Assembly (NCBI GenBank): GCA_965178125.1
Contig: OZ237735.1
Coordinates: 2,480,001-2,544,000 of the forward strand
Source of the DNA: Bilabrum cf. latius
Taxonomy: Eukaryota
Length of the DNA stretch: 64,000 nt
Reading direction: 5' to 3'
Both the position numbers and the translations under genes were made by a program. Positions 1 to 13,359 of this stretch are shown here, piece after piece (the stretch's first letter is position 1; the number at the start of each line of letters is the position of its first letter). A model generated the notes under the pieces. The model worked only from the letters and a program-made list of their open reading frames with translations, made no database searches and was not told the origin of the DNA.

Positions 1-272
1 GTTGGCATAGAGTGCGACGTGTGTGGCAAACACAATCGTGGCCCATCCGTACACAAGATTGCAACAAAGTCCAAAGGCCAGTGTCCTCACCTAGTATATA
101 ACCTCCTCCAACATCCTAGAAAATTCGCCATGGGCATGCGATCCGCTCCTCCATGCTGAGGAAATGGCCTCGAATCGGATGCTGAAGGAACCCTCGCAAA
201 ATAATACAGAAATGTGTGGTAAGGTGTGCATAGCAGCACGAGCAATTTCAGCGACTTGCACTTTGGAAAGAA

Positions 273-1145
273 ATGCCTGCCGAGAAAGAAGACCAACTTG
301 GGTGCTGCGGAAAATGCACTGCATTTGTGCTAAAGTTTTGGAACTTGTTTATCCTTGGGCTAGGGCTCGCAATTCTTGCGTATGGGTGAGTTTTTGGAGC
401 GAGGAGCTCCTGCATCGCCCGAACGGCAAGTGCAAACATTCGACCCCAAGCGCCTCGATAGAGCTATACACCGCAGCATATACATGGTTGTCAAGTTTAA
501 TGCCGGGTTCAACGTGTTCACTATCAGTATTATGGCATTTGGAGCAGTGAACGCGCTGATGTCCGGTCTCACGTTCTGCTTGTCCGAATCCAAGTGTTTT
601 GTGACAATATATCTAGTTGTTATGGCCGTGATTGCCGTTGCAGAGCTTGTTGCGGCCTTCGTTTTCAGCATCAAGAGCTCCAGAGACAAGATTGTCAACG
701 CTATGGAGGACCATGTCGTAAGATAGCAGGGTTCAGTGCTTTGCTTGCTACATACCATCGTGCCCCAGCGCCCATCGTTAGTTTGCGCACCAGATGACTT
801 TTGCAGGAAGAACACCTTCGTCACGAGATTCACGAGCACGTAACATACTTCGGCTATGTCCTTTATGGAATCGCCGGGGTGCAGACCCTCGCTTGGATCA
901 CCGCCTACTCGCTGGGCCTGCAGCAGAACAGCTTCGCAGAAAACAAAACGTCCGATTCGTCCTACTCGGACCCGAACACTCGCTTGCTCAACGCGGAGGC
1001 GGGCAGGTCGGGGGCAGCGTCGGGAGGAGACTCACTCATGCCTCCCGCGGGAAGGTCCGCCTACCGCGACGGCAAGCGCGCCATCGACCAGAAGTACGCG
1101 GAGAGGAGGGCGGAGAGGGCCGCGAGGAGGCAGCAGAGGAATTGA
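273..1145 (+). CDS. Tetraspanin-like (TOM2A-like) 4-TM protein; exons 273-385, 477-717, 807-1145
   Basis: ATG273 MPAEKEDQLGCCGKCTAFVLKFWNLFILGLGLAILAYG (TM1). GT-AG introns 386-476 and 718-806 keep the frame. TM2/TM3 FTISIMAFGAVNALMSG...IYLVVMAVIAVAELVAAFVF, TM4 YFGYVLYGIAGVQTLAWITAY, basic tail, ends TGA. Confidence 0.7.
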
Positions 1146-1290
1146 AGGAACAGTGCCGTTTGGTCCCAATGCTCTGTGCTGCGCGTTGCATTGGATTGCA
1201 GGAGACAAATTTCGTTATTCGCTGGTTCCTGCATCACATCAGTGCAAGCGCGCTCCGCCACCTTTGTCCAGCTCCTCATGACACACCACG

Positions 1291-3135
1291 TCACACCTCT
1301 TGCGCGCCCCCAATCGCCGCCATGCACGCCTCTCTGTCCTCCAGGTCGAGTTCGCTCAGCAGCAGCGCGCCCTCCGGCAGCTCCCACGCCGTCTCGCCCG
1401 ACACCAGGCTGCAGAACCACTCGTCCTCCTCGTCGCTGTACCGCCTCACAACATCAACACCCGCCCCGCGGGCTGACTCAATTAGCTCATCTAGCAGCTC
1501 CTGCTGCTCGCTTGGCAGGCTCGCTTCGCTCGCATCGTCCCCAGGCCCCTCCTCCACCCCCTCCTCATCCCCCTCTTCTCCGTCCTCCTCCTCGGCATGC
1601 TGTTCGACTCCCACGCTCTGGCCACCCGGAGAAGCACCCCCTCTGCTCTCGCTGCCACCATCACTACTGACGCTCCCAGCATCCTCGCGGTCTGACTCCT
1701 GATCATGCTCCCTGGTGGTTCCATCGGCCCCAAGCTCGCCGGCTCGGATGCGGCGGACAAGCTCCCCCACGTCCTCCGCCGAGACAGGCTCTTCAAGCGC
1801 GGCCAGCGCGCTCTCCAGCACGGCCCCTTCGTCCGGAAGGTGCCACTCGCTCTCTCCCGATTCGGAATTGACGTACCACACGTCGTCTTCGTCAGATTCG
1901 TGGCGGAATACGAGCATATCCATCGCGGCTGCATGCTACACTCTGTCCTCCAGCTCAAGCGTCTCGGATGCAGCACCAGACTCGCTGCCTTCGGTATCTT
2001 CCGGTAACGGTCGCTGCGCGAGCTTGGTTTTTCCTTTTGATTTCCAGGCAGCGGCACCTAGGGCCCTAGGGGTGCGTTTCCTGCGGCGGCTGGCATTGGC
2101 ATTGGCATTGGCATTGGTATCACTGCCACTGGCAGTGCCGTGGGCTGCCGGCCCTGCGGCAGCGCCGGTTGCACCCTTTCCGCCGTGAATCGGGGGAGAG
2201 TTGTCGCTCGGCTCGTTTGCTGATACTCTATCGGATACATGGGTTGCCCTGGACAGGGTGATGCTGCGGTTGCTGCTTCCCTGCTGTGCAGACGGCTGCA
2301 GAGTGCCTGATGGCACAGCAGCCGTGTCGTGATCGTGCATCGGGCTTCCTGCGTGCCCGATGCCACTGGCAGTCGATGCTCGTAGAGAATGTCTCTGGGC
2401 AGCCTGTGGGCCAACCGCTGATTCTTCGCCCTATGGTCGCTCCTAGGCGGCCAGCGCTCCTGGGCTAGCCAACTTGTTCGTGCCCATTGCGGAGTCCTGG
2501 CTTAGGCCTCGATGCGCAGGCCCTTCCGGTCTGGGATTTTGTTTGTCTGTTGGGAGATTGTCACGTTTAAATGTGACCTACGCCTATCCCTTGCTGTTGG
2601 AGGCAGCCTGCGCGGTGTGTAAGTCATTCCGCTATAAGTCCGGCTTATCTCTGCCTTGCCTGGCATCTACAGCATCGCGCAACGGGTTTTGTACCCGCCG
2701 ACCATTCCTTTTAGTAGGATCCATAGATATTGACCTTCGGCTGCGTTTCGATTTGGCAGGCTTGTCGTCGCTGGGTTTCTTCGACGCATCGCTCAAATCT
2801 ACCGCTGAACCGAGCGATCCCCGAAGACTTGTCACTCGCCGACCTTGTGAGGACGCTGCAGCAGCTGTAGACCCCGAGCATGCGCACAATGTCGCTCCGG
2901 CTACGATGAGGATCATGACTGCTACTGCTAGCAGCACCGCAGCCACCGCTACAACCCAAAGTGCCGCCGACCCGTCGCTTGACTCTTCGCTAGAGGTCGA
3001 GTTTGCCATAAATGGCGAGTTCAAACCGCCTCGCATCAGTGGCATGCCGATAATACTCCTCAACGTTGAAGATTTCAGCTGCGTTGATCGCGTAGCGTTG
3101 AGGAGTAGCGGCATAAGCAAACCCGGTGCTCGCAT
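1291..3135 (-). CDS. Single-pass membrane protein with two C-terminal WW-like domains (~614 aa, TAG read as Gln)
   Basis: ORFs 2632-3135, 1936-2340 and 1291-1923 share one frame interrupted only by 6 TAG. TM ALWVVAVAAVLLAVAVMILIVAG; WW-like DVWYVNSESGESEWHLP and EWFCSLVSGETAWELP; ends TGA. Confidence 0.65.
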
Positions 3136-3216
3136 CTCCGGCGCCGCCGCGCTATTCTAGCGGAACCGCTTCGAACAATCCGTTGTAAATCCTCGACGCC
3201 CAGTTTTCTTGGGGCC

Positions 3217-5116
3217 ATGGCGGCCATGGGGAGCGGTGGTGACGATGATAGATTTATTATACGACAAGAGTTCGAGAAGCTCCAAAGGGAGTACAAAAAC
3301 CTCGAGTAGATGAAGAAATCCTACGCGGACGAATCTTTGTCGATTATTAGGAAGCAAAAAGATCAGATTGATAGGCTAGTTAGGGAAAATGAGGGGCTTA
3401 AGACAGAGCTTGATATGGAGATGCGCTACACATAGAAGAAGCAGTCCAAAGGGAGCCAATCAAAGACTCTGCATGACCAACGTGAGGGAGTTGGTGTTGC
3501 TTTTCCTGTCTTCAGCTACACATATGGCGCACAAACAATGTACTCGCAATGATTGTTTGCATTCTTGGCATTGTATCTTATCGTAAATCAGTTTGTCTTG
3601 CCGTTGTCTGCCTTCCGTTGCCGCAGTGGACCAGTACAGCAGCAAGGTTGAGGTCGAGAAGAAGAACGTGAAGGCTTTACAGGACAACATTGGAACTCTC
3701 CGCGAGAAAATAGATTCCCTTCGCGTGGAAACTGGTGGCGCATTTGCCTCCCGGGAAAACTCCCGGCTGAAGCAGAAGCAGATCCGCATCCTCGAGAGCA
3801 GGCTAGAGAAGGCCCTGGTCAAGTTCAACGACTCGCTGGCCGCGAACAAGAAACTCAGGGAAGAAATCGATAATCTCCGCAGTGAGCGCGTCGTGTTTGA
3901 CGGAATCTACCGCAAGATGGAGCGCAAGCTGCAGGAGAAGAAGCAGGACATGGCCATGCTCATCGAGCAGTCCAACGAGGCCTACGAGGTCAGGGACGGC
4001 GCCACGGTGCAGCTCATGGACCTGCAGGCGGCCATGGCCAAGGAGAGGGAAGAGTTCGAGAGGGAGGTCGCGGAGCTGGAGGATCGGATCAAGCAGGAGG
4101 AGGAGCAGGCCAGCAAGAGGGACAGGACGAGGCGGGGGTCCATGGGCCTGGACCAGGAGAAGGCGCTCAAGGAGCAACGCAGGGCAGCGCAAGAGTAGCT
4201 GGCGCTTGAAAAGGCAAAGCAGCGCGCGGCCGCAGACAAGGTCGAGTACTACGAAGGGGCGTTCAACGCGATCCAGGAGGCGACCGGCATTTCCGACGTG
4301 GAAGAGCTGGTGGCCGTGTTCACCAAGAACGAGGAGGCCAATTTCTCGCTGTTCAACTTTGCGGCGGAGCAGAGCGCCGAGTCGGAGAGGCTGGAGGACC
4401 AGATCGCGACCATGCGGGAGAACGTAGAGGCCGCATCAGCAGAGAGCGGAACCAGTGCGATGGGCCAGCGGTTCGCGCTGCGTGAGCTGGAGAAGCGGCT
4501 GACGGCAGCGAGGCGGTCCGTGTCAGAGTTCTCAGGCAGGTACGAGGAGCTCGCGGGGCGCTTGGAGGGGCTGCGACGTGGGGTAAAGCGGGCCGTGCGG
4601 CGGCTAGACTGCACGGGGCGCGGTTACGCCAGCACGCTGGACGGTGCACCCGTGACCGAGGCCAACTCGATCCAGTTCCTCGGGCTGATCGAGCGCAGGG
4701 CAGACGAGGTGCTTCAGGCCTTTGCTGCTGCAAAGGCCATCGACGCTGGGCTGGTGGCACCAGGTGGGAGCAGTCGACCGGGAAGTGCGGCGGGGAGCAG
4801 TCCGCCCCGAGCAGCTGCTTCGTCCCGTTCGTCGCAAGGGGGGTCGCACTCCAGCGCTGGGCGGGCGGGCGACGCGACTGGTGAGCTGCAGCGGAGGCAG
4901 GTGGCGCGCACGATCGCCGCGGTGCTCGGCCCCGGCCCCTCTTCCCGGCACAAGGAATCGTTCGAGGCGATGCCCAAGGTGCACGCGCCTCGCTTGCGCG
5001 ATATGGAGGATGGGCACGACACGGACGATGACAGCGACGAAGAGGCCAGGCCGCTGTCGATGGCAGAGCTCAAGAAGAGCGTGAGAGGGTACGCGAAAGG
5101 AGGAGCGGGGTAGTGA
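3217..5116 (+). CDS. ODA1: Outer dynein arm docking complex subunit DC2 (ODA1/CCDC114/CCDC63 family); exons 3217-3481, 3627-5116
   Basis: EFEKLQREYKNLE(TAG)MKKSYADESLSIIRKQ; KQIRILESRLEKALVKFNDSLAANKKLREEIDNLRSER; FTKNEEANFSLFNF. Intron 3482-3626. In-frame TAGs (e.g. 4196-4198); ends TAG-TGA at 5111-5116. Confidence 0.85.
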
Positions 5117-5306
5117 ACTAATGGGCTGTAAAATAATTTGTACGTTGCTGTCTGTGTCTTTGCTGTAGTCTATTCTGACACTGTTCCCGGCAACTCGCGT
5201 GGAACTTTCTCGGCACTTTCTGTGGTTCCGGGTTGCAGAAAGTATGGATCCCCGACACGTTGCTCCAATCACTCACACAGACTTCCGAGAATCAGCCAAA
5301 GAAAGC

Positions 5307-6242
5307 ATGAAGCTTAGCGGCTCGATACTAGTACTACTCTCAACATCCTGCCTGTTGCTCTCCGCCTTCGGGCCGGGTGCCTCGGCAGACGCAAGCTCGG
5401 GAACCGACGGACTCCCAGCGTCTCGGTGGAGCAGCGCTCAGACGGCAGCGAGGCTCCACAACCTCGGAATCATTTCCGAAGCAGCGGCCAAGCGAATTGA
5501 GAACCACAATTTAAACTTTGTGGCACTCTCTGACATCGTGGAAGCTGCGGACATGGACATCATGCGCGACATCGGGCTGCCCACCGATGGGGTAGCAAAA
5601 TACCGACTCAAGGCAGATTTGGCAGCCATCCGCGATCAGGCCCAGCATGCGGTAGAAGCGACACCAACTAGTCCCAGCCAAGAATTGGACTACGCCAAGA
5701 TGGATTTCTTCGAGGTGCGCGAAGCAGACAAGGCAAGGTTTGACGCGTTCCTCACGGGATGCGGCAGCAGCCCGCAGGTGACCATCCTCATGTACTACTT
5801 CCACGACTGGGACTTTCTGGAGCACTTCATCGAAGCGGACACGAACATGGTGTGGTTCTGGGTGCAGTGGCTGCTCGTGCCGAACTTCTTGGCATCGCGC
5901 ATGATGTGGCACTTCTCCGACACGAACTTCATCGTCGCGTGCGTGTTCGCCATCCCGCAGCTGCTGCACCTCGTCAACTTCATCGGGATCCTCCTCAGCA
6001 AGGAAGTAGTGGACGGCAAGAAACCGTCCGATCGGTTGGCCGACACTTGGGTGAAGGGTTGGGCGGGAGCACTGTTCGGAGTGATCTTGTGGCGGGTGCT
6101 GATCAGCTACTTCCTGTTCGGGTGGGTGGAGGACGTGATGTTCTACAGTGCGTTCTTCGTGGTCGCTGGGATCCAGTTCGTGATGGCACTCTTCGTCATG
6201 ATGGCCTGCGTGGTGGCTCTGGGCAAGGACAAGAACCAGTGA
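5307..6242 (+). CDS. Signal peptide + SAM-like domain + multi-pass membrane protein (paralog 1)
   Basis: MKLSGSILVLLSTSCLLLSAFG signal; WSSAQTAARLHNLGI...MRDIGLPTDGVAKYRL resembles the SAM pattern; about 4 hydrophobic helices in the C-terminal half; ends TGA. Paralog at 37344. Confidence 0.7.
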   Translation: MKLSGSILVLLSTSCLLLSAFGPGASADASSGTDGLPASRWSSAQTAARLHNLGIISEAAAKRIENHNLNFVALSDIVEAADMDIMRDIGLPTDGVAKYRLKADLAAIRDQAQHAVEATPTSPSQELDYAKMDFFEVREADKARFDAFLTGCGSSPQVTILMYYFHDWDFLEHFIEADTNMVWFWVQWLLVPNFLASRMMWHFSDTNFIVACVFAIPQLLHLVNFIGILLSKEVVDGKKPSDRLADTWVKGWAGALFGVILWRVLISYFLFGWVEDVMFYSAFFVVAGIQFVMALFVMMACVVALGKDKNQ

Positions 6243-7148
6243 CTGACTCTGAGGTCACCACAGTGCCACGCAACGAGGTTGGGCTGGGTAGCTCTTGCAT
6301 GTGCTCTCCGCGCCACCGCCAGCCTTGGTCTTTGGGCCAGCGATCACTGCCGGGGATCACCCCTTGCCCTGGGTGCTTGCTTCGGGAGCCAGCACCAGGC
6401 CTGTGGACGTATGCCGGCGCTGGCCCTTTTGGCTACTGCTACGGGCACCCCGTCGCTGTGAAGCCGGCGTGTGATTGCTATTACATTCTGCACTATAAGA
6501 GTCTGGTAAAAGCGCTTCATCAAGCAAGTAGCGTAGCACACGCGTACCACCCGTAAGTGTGCATCAAGGGCTCCGTGATATCCATTCGTCCTCCCTTCGT
6601 CTTCCACTCGCAGCCGCTGCGGCCCGGGCAACGGTTCCAACTTGGCACGCGCCGGATATCAGCCACCTGCCTCCACTCTGGGCAGGTGGCTATGGCTCGC
6701 GCCAGATGTCCTGAATAGAGGTGTAGGCCTTGCACAGGATGTCAGCTTTCCTGATGTTGACTTGCTGCACGAATGTCGTGGGGCACGCAATCTTGGGTCG
6801 TCGGGCGTGCCACAGAGTTGAGATGCCCTGCTCGGTGCGTCCGCCGGAGCGCAAGGCCCGCTGTCTGATCCTGCTGCAGGGCCGGATCGGGACGATCCTT
6901 CGTGTGGATCGAATGAGTCCTCGCGCGAGATCGGCCGGGACTCGAGCACGGCACAGACAGACACCCTCAGGGGCCCTGAGTAAGGGCACTCCAGCAGTAG
7001 TGCGTACATGCAGTGCACTGCTGGCAAGGCGGAGCGGGCCAGCAGCCGGTGCAACTATACGATCTGCTAGGGCGCAAGAGGCTCGCAGATATCTCAGTTT
7101 GCTGCAAGCTAGTATCATACACAGGCCTGTAGCTCGCTGCGAAAAATC

Positions 7149-8459
7149 ATGGACGAGCTGCTTTGGCTGTCACAATCATACGAAGAGTACTTGCGAACGA
7201 TACGATCCTTCCGCAAACCTGACTAGCCTGAGAAGGATGACGCGGCGCTGATGAAGTGGGTCTTACCATTGGATCATTGTGCATAAGCGTTTGGTCCTTG
7301 ATCTCACTATGCCGTCCTGCACGTCTTGAGCCAGGCAGCGTGTCTCTCGCAGGAGTTGGGCACGCATTGAGCGTGATTTCTTGGCGGCTCTGCGAGATGG
7401 GGACGACAGGCTTGCGCTGAAGCTATTTGAATAGAACGCGGATATGCTCGGGCGCTACAGGTGGCCACATGTATACGGCGAGGGGTTCGATTCTGTAAGA
7501 AGCACCCTTCGAGCCGCAGTATCTGCCTGTGCGCCGTGATTGCTAGCCCCATGCATCTCAAGCTGAGACTTGGATCCTTTTCATCTCATTGGTGCCATGC
7601 AGCTGGGTGGACTGACGTAGGCCCTGACGCATTTCGATCGGCCGAAGGTGCTCGAGTAGTTGGTGTTGCACCCGAGCGGTTGCTTGAGCGTGAGCACAGC
7701 CGAATGTGGCATGAATGCGTTCAAGCTTTTGAGTATTACATCCTTGCATTATGTCGTAAGATCTAGCCTTCACAGTGCTTGAACTGGATCGTGTACTCGT
7801 GCGTTTTTGACAAGGCTCTGAAATGCTTGGAAGCGATGGCTCGGCTTGGTGTCCTCAGCATTCGATGGGAGCCCATCACAAAGGATGATGTCGAATGGCT
7901 CTGGTATAACAAGAAATCCAGAGCGGTCGTGCTGCAAGCCGCCGGGGAGGCAGGCAAGTTGAAGGATGCTGCTTCCATGGCACTGATGCTGCGGTGGGGC
8001 ACGAGAGCATTCGAGGCCGGGCTTGCTAGCTCGACGGGTGTGACGTGGCTGGACGTGGCGTATCGCCGGGTGTTTGGCTCGTACACACCCATGGAGAAAG
8101 CTCTGAAGATGTGCTAGCGCGGCGCGAGACCCAGGTAGGTGCTAGCGCGGCTGTTCGATCTGGTGCCCGCGGAGGAGCTGGCCCGTGTGGCGCACGTGGA
8201 CCCTCGGCGGGGGGACCGTCTGGTGCGCTGGCGGCGTGCATATGAAGCTCGGCGGGACGCTGGTCTGGTGTTTCAGGCAGCGATCGAGGGTCGTCCATTG
8301 GAGCTGGGGAAGCGATTGCGTCTTGGGTCGTTGGCAGGAGGGGCGTGGGCGCGAGGTGTGTTGAATGGCGTGCAGATGGACGCGCTTGAGGCAGCGAGGA
8401 TGGGCGGTCATGGTGAGTGCGTGGATGTGCTGGTGCAGGCTCGGGGCAGTACGGGCTGA
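7149..8459 (+). CDS. Array gene A copy 1: divergent ankyrin-repeat-like protein (~339 aa); exons 7149-7255, 7353-7494, 7603-7689, 7776-8459
   Basis: Three GT-AG introns give a continuous frame MDELLWLSQSYEEY...DFLAALRDGDDRLALKLFE...LVFQAAIEG...MDALEAARMGGHGECVDVLVQA (ankyrin-like). Indels between copies fall mostly inside the predicted introns. Several in-frame TAG; ends TGA. Confidence 0.7.
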
Positions 8460-8555
8460 GTAGACTGGTAAGCTGCAGCAAGCTAGTTGGTTCAGTCCAG
8501 TGGCACTTCAGCACTAGGACAGCTTTTCAGCATCACATTCCGTGCATCAAGCACG

Positions 8556-9848
8556 TCACTGAGGCTGGGACCGTCGGATCAAGAGCAGGGGGTGCAGGAA
8601 AGAGCCGGGCCCAGCCCACGTCATCATTTGGACCGGATTCTCAAGTCGGAGTGAATCGGGTTGGATCTCCACTGGTACCATGCTGATGTCGCGGGCTGCA
8701 TACTTGCCCATCTGCAGCACCACACCCAGCTCGGCCAGCCGCATCGCGATCTCAGCCACATCCACAAGGCTCTCGATGCGGCGGCGGTGTGGTCTATCGA
8801 TATCGTCGTCGATTTGCTCCATCACAGCCTCGGCCACCCATTCGGCGTACAGTTTGTTCAGCTGCTGACGAGTCATGATGGCACTGATGTCCAGCTGCTG
8901 CCTGAACTGCATGACCTTTGTCATGATGCGCTGGAAGGCAGCTGGATCCAGCAGCACATCCCACTCATCAGCGGCTCCGCCTACGTCGAGCACAGCAGCC
9001 TTGTACAGAATGGCTAGCTCTGCGGGCGTGGTGGTATCCTTGACGGTGATCTGTGGGATGTATACTTCCTTGAGTCCGGCCCTGGAGCCGAGCTGGATCA
9101 GGCCGAACGCCTGCAGGTTGAGATGAGCCATGTGCTCTGTGGTGACTGAGGCGTGGGAGAAGAAGCGGGGCTCGAGGGGGGCAGCACCGGCCGCACCGGA
9201 TGCATCGCCGGCGAGTGGGACATGCCCTTGCGGCTGCGAACCGGACTGCTACACGGCGCCATGCACCACAGCCCGTTGGCCACGCTGCCTTGATATGCCC
9301 GAGCCGGCCATGGGGGCCTGGCCAGACATGAGCATGCCGGCCGCACCAGCTCGCTGCACGTCGCCACGACGCACTGCCACTGCTCCCCGTAGCCCAGAGG
9401 TGGACGAACCAGACGCCCCGCCGGTGGCTGGACCAGCATCGGTGCCAGCTGCGGATGAGGCAGATCCCTCAGGCTGTGGCGCTAAGGGTGCCTCGGGAAA
9501 CCGGCTCAAGAACTCATCGATCACCACCCTGTGGTCCTTGCCGCTGCGCGCAAAGACTTCAGCTGCCGCCAGCAAGTGCACGCGTCCCGACTGGGCCAGC
9601 TTGTCTGCGTCCAGCCAGGGCGGCGTGGGTTGGTGCGTGCGTTGCCGCATCCTGCTCGAGATGACGAGCGGACTGAGGGCATTGTCATCGACTTGGACCA
9701 CGCGCACCATCGACTCGGCATCATGAGCGTCGAGTGATCGGGGTGTCGCCTTGAAGCCTTCGCGAGGCATGGCCGCTGGTGGCGCGTGCATGTTGAGCGG
9801 TAGGACACCTCCGATTGCTCCCCGCTTGCCATGTGGGGCTGTGCACCC
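8556..9848 (-). pseudogene. Array gene B copy 1, 5'-truncated
   Basis: ORFs 9249-9791 and 8556-9131 join through TAG 9249. There is a 1-nt deletion near 9797 relative to other copies, and the sequence breaks off at ~9848. Confidence 0.6.
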
Positions 9849-10092
9849 TGAGGGGCTCTATGTAAAGGAAGGATGGAAGGAAGGAGTTCTGGTTTAAGAT
9901 GCAATAAGGGCACTCCAGCAGTAGTGTGTACATGCAGTGCATTGCTGGCAAGCGCAGTGCACTGCTGGCAAGGCGGAGCGGGCCAGCAGCCGGTGCAACT
10001 ATACGATCTGCTAGGGCGCAAGTGGCTCGCAGATATCTCAGTTTGCTGCAAGCTAGTATCATACACAGGCCTGTAGATCGCTGCGAAAAATC

Positions 10093-11407
10093 ATGGACGA
10101 GCTGCTTTGGCTATCACAATCATACGACGAGTACTTGCGAACGATACGATCCTTCCGCAACCCTGACCAGCCTGAGGAGGATGACGCGGCGCTGATGAAG
10201 TGGGTCTTACCATTGGATCATTGTGCATAAGCGTTTGGTCCTTGATCTCACTATGCCGTCCTGCACGTCTTGAGCCAGGCAGCGTGTCTCTCGCAGGAGT
10301 TGGGCACGCATTGAGCGTGATTTCTTGGCGGCTCTGCGAGATGGGGACGACAGGCTTGCACTGAAGCTATTTGAATAGAACGCGGATAGGCTCGGGCGCT
10401 ACGAATGGCCACATGTATACGGCGAGGGGTTCGATTCTGTAAGAAGCACCCTTCGAGCCGCAGTATCTGCCTGTGCGCCGTGATTGCTAGCCCCATGCAT
10501 CTCAAGGTGAGACTTGGATCCTTTTCATCTCACTGGTGCCATGCAGCTGGGTGGACTGACAGAGGCCCTGACGCATTTCGATCGGCCGAAGGTGCTTGAA
10601 AAGTTGGTGTTGCACCCGAGCGGTTGCTTGAGCGTGAGCACAGCCGAATGTGGCATGAATGAATGCGTTCAAGCTTCTGAATTGCACTTGCTTGTATTGT
10701 CTTTTAAGATCTAGCCTTCACAGTGCTTGAACTGGATCGTGTACTCGTGCGTTTTTGACAAGGCTCTGAAATGCTTGGAAGCGATGGCTCGGCTTGGTGT
10801 CCTCAGCATTCGATGGGAGCCCATCACAAAGGATGATGTCGAATGGCTCAGGTACAAGAAGAAATCCAGAGCGGTCGTGCTGCAAGCCGCCGGGGAGGCA
10901 GGCAAGAGCAAGGATGCTGCTTCCATGGCACTGATGCTGCGGTGGGGCACGAGAGCATTCGAGGCCGGGCTTGCTAGCTCGACGGGTGTGACGTGGCTGG
11001 ACGTGGCGTACCGCCGGGTGTTTGGCTCGTACACACCCATGGAGAAAGCTCTGAAGATGTGCTAGCGCGGCGCGAGACCCAGGTAGGTGCTAGCGCGGCT
11101 GTTCGATCTGGTGCCCGCGGAGGAGCTGGCCCGTGTGGCGCACGTGGACCCTCGGCGGGGGGACCGTCTGGTGCGCTGGCGGCGTGCATATGAAGCTCGG
11201 CGGGACGCTGGTCTGGTGTTTCAGGCAGCGAGCGAGGGTCGTCCATTGGAGCTGGGGAAGCGATTGCGTCTTGGGTCGTTGGCAGGAGGGGCGTGGGCGC
11301 GAGGTGTGTTGAATGGCGTGCAGATGGACGCGCTTGAGGCAGCGAGGATGGGCGGTCATGGTGAGTGCGTGGATGTGCTGGTGCAGGCTCGGGGCAGTAC
11401 GGGCTGA
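10093..11407 (+). CDS. Array gene A copy 2 (ankyrin-like, 3 introns)
   Basis: Same exon structure as copy 1; CAG at 10168 where copy 1 has TAG. Confidence 0.65.
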
Positions 11408-11502
11408 GTAGACTGGTAAGCTGCAGCAAGCTAGTTGGTTCAGTCCAGTGGCACTTCAGCACTAGACAGCTTTTCAGCATCACATCCCGTGCATCATGCA
11501 CG

Positions 11503-13097
11503 TCACTGAGGCTGGGACCGTCGGATCAAGAGCAGGGGGTGCAGGAAAGAGCCGGGCCCAGCCCACGTCATCATGTGGATTCGATCCGATGATTCAAGTG
11601 AATCGGGTTGGATCTTCACTGGTACCATGCTGATGTCGCGGGCTGCATACTTGCCCATCTGCAGCACCACACCTAGCTCGGCCAGCCGCATCGCGATCTC
11701 AGCCACATCCACAAGGCTCTCGATGCGGCGGCGGTGTGGTCTATCGATATCGTCGTCGATTTGCTCCTTCACAGCCTTGGCCAACCATTCGGCGTACAGT
11801 TTGTTCAGCTGCTGACGAGTCATGATGGCACTGATGTCCAGCTGCTGCCTGAACTGCATGACCTTTGTCATGATGCGCTGGAAGGCAGCTGGATCCAGCA
11901 GCACATCCCACTCATCAGCGGCTCCGCCTACGTCGAGCACAGCAGCCTTGTACATAGTGGCTAGCTCTGCGGGCGTGGTGGTATCCTTGACGGTGATCTG
12001 TGGGATGTATACTTCCTTGAGTCCGGCCCTGGAGCCGAGCTGGATCAGGCCGAACGCCTGCAGGTTGAGATGAGCCATGTGCTCTGTGGTGACTGAGGCG
12101 TGGGAGAAGAAGCGGGGCTCGAGGGGGACAGCACCGGCCGCACCGGATGCATCGCCGGCGAGTGGGACATGCCCTTGCGGCTGCGAACCGGACTGCTACA
12201 CGGCGCCATGCACCACAGCCCGTTGGCCACGCTGCCTTGATATGCCCGAGCCGGCCATGGGGGCCTGGCCAGACATGAGCATGCCGGCCGCACCAGCTCG
12301 CTGCACGTCGCCGCGACGCACTGCCACTGCTCCCCGTAGCCCAGAGGTGGTCTCACCAGACGCCCCGCCGGTGGCTGGACCAGCATCGGTGCTAGCTGCG
12401 GATGAGGCAGATCCCTCAGGCTGTGGCGCTAAGGGTGCCTCGGGAAACCGGCTCAAGAACTCATCGATCACCACCCTGTGGTCCCTGCCGCTGCGCGCAA
12501 AGACTTCAGCTGCCGCCAGCAAGTGCACGCGTCCCGACTGGGCCAGCTTGTCCGCGTCCAGCCAGGGCGGCGTGGGTTGGTGCGTGCGTTGCCGCATCCT
12601 GCTCGAGATGACGAGCGGACTGAGGGCATTGTCATCGACTTGGACCACGCGCACCATCGACTCGGCATCATGAGCGTCGAGTGATCGGGGTGTCGCCTTG
12701 AAGCCTTCGCGAGGCATGGCCGCTGGTGGCGCGTGCATGTTGAGCTGGTAGGACACCTCCGATTGCTCCCCGCTTGCCATGTGGGGCTGTGCACCCTTGG
12801 CTGCACCGGCGCTGCCTCCGCTCTGGGCAGGCTGTTGTTGGTTGCCCCAGATGTCCTGAATAGAGGTGTAGGCCTTGCACAGGATGTCAGCTTTCCTGGT
12901 GTTGACTTGCTGCACGAATGTCGTGGGGCACGCAATCTCACACGGGTCGTCGGGCGTGCCACAGAGTTGGGATGCCCTGCTCGGTGCGTCCGCCGGAGCG
13001 CAAGGCCCGCTGTCTGATCCTGCTGCAGGGCCGGATCCGGGCGATCCTTCGTGTGGATCGAATGAGTCCTCGCGCGAGATCGGCTGGGACTCGAGCA
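11503..13097 (-). pseudogene. Array gene B copy 2, 5'-truncated at the shared breakpoint
   Basis: Frame open through TAG 12196; diverges from full-length copies at GACTCGAGC|ACGGCACAGACAGACACC. Confidence 0.55.
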
Positions 13098-13359
13098 CGG
13101 CACAGACAGACACCCTGAGGGGCTCTGAGTAAAGGAAGGAAGGAAGGAAGGAGTTCTGGTTATAGATGCAATAAGGGCACTCCAGCAGTAGTGTGTACAT
13201 GCAGTGCATTGTTGGCAAGCGCAGTGCATTGCTGGCAAGGCGGAGCGGGCCAGCAGTTTGTGCAACTTTACGATCTACAGGGGCGCAAGAGGCTCGCAGA
13301 TATCTCAGTTTGCTGCAAGCTAGTATCATACACAGGCCTGTAGATCGCTGCGAAAAGTC

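Noticed and set aside
13131-13153. (GGAA)n microsatellite, plus (GGCATT)4 at ~2092 and an 18-bp tandem at ~45746
   Set aside because: Ordinary slippage repeats.
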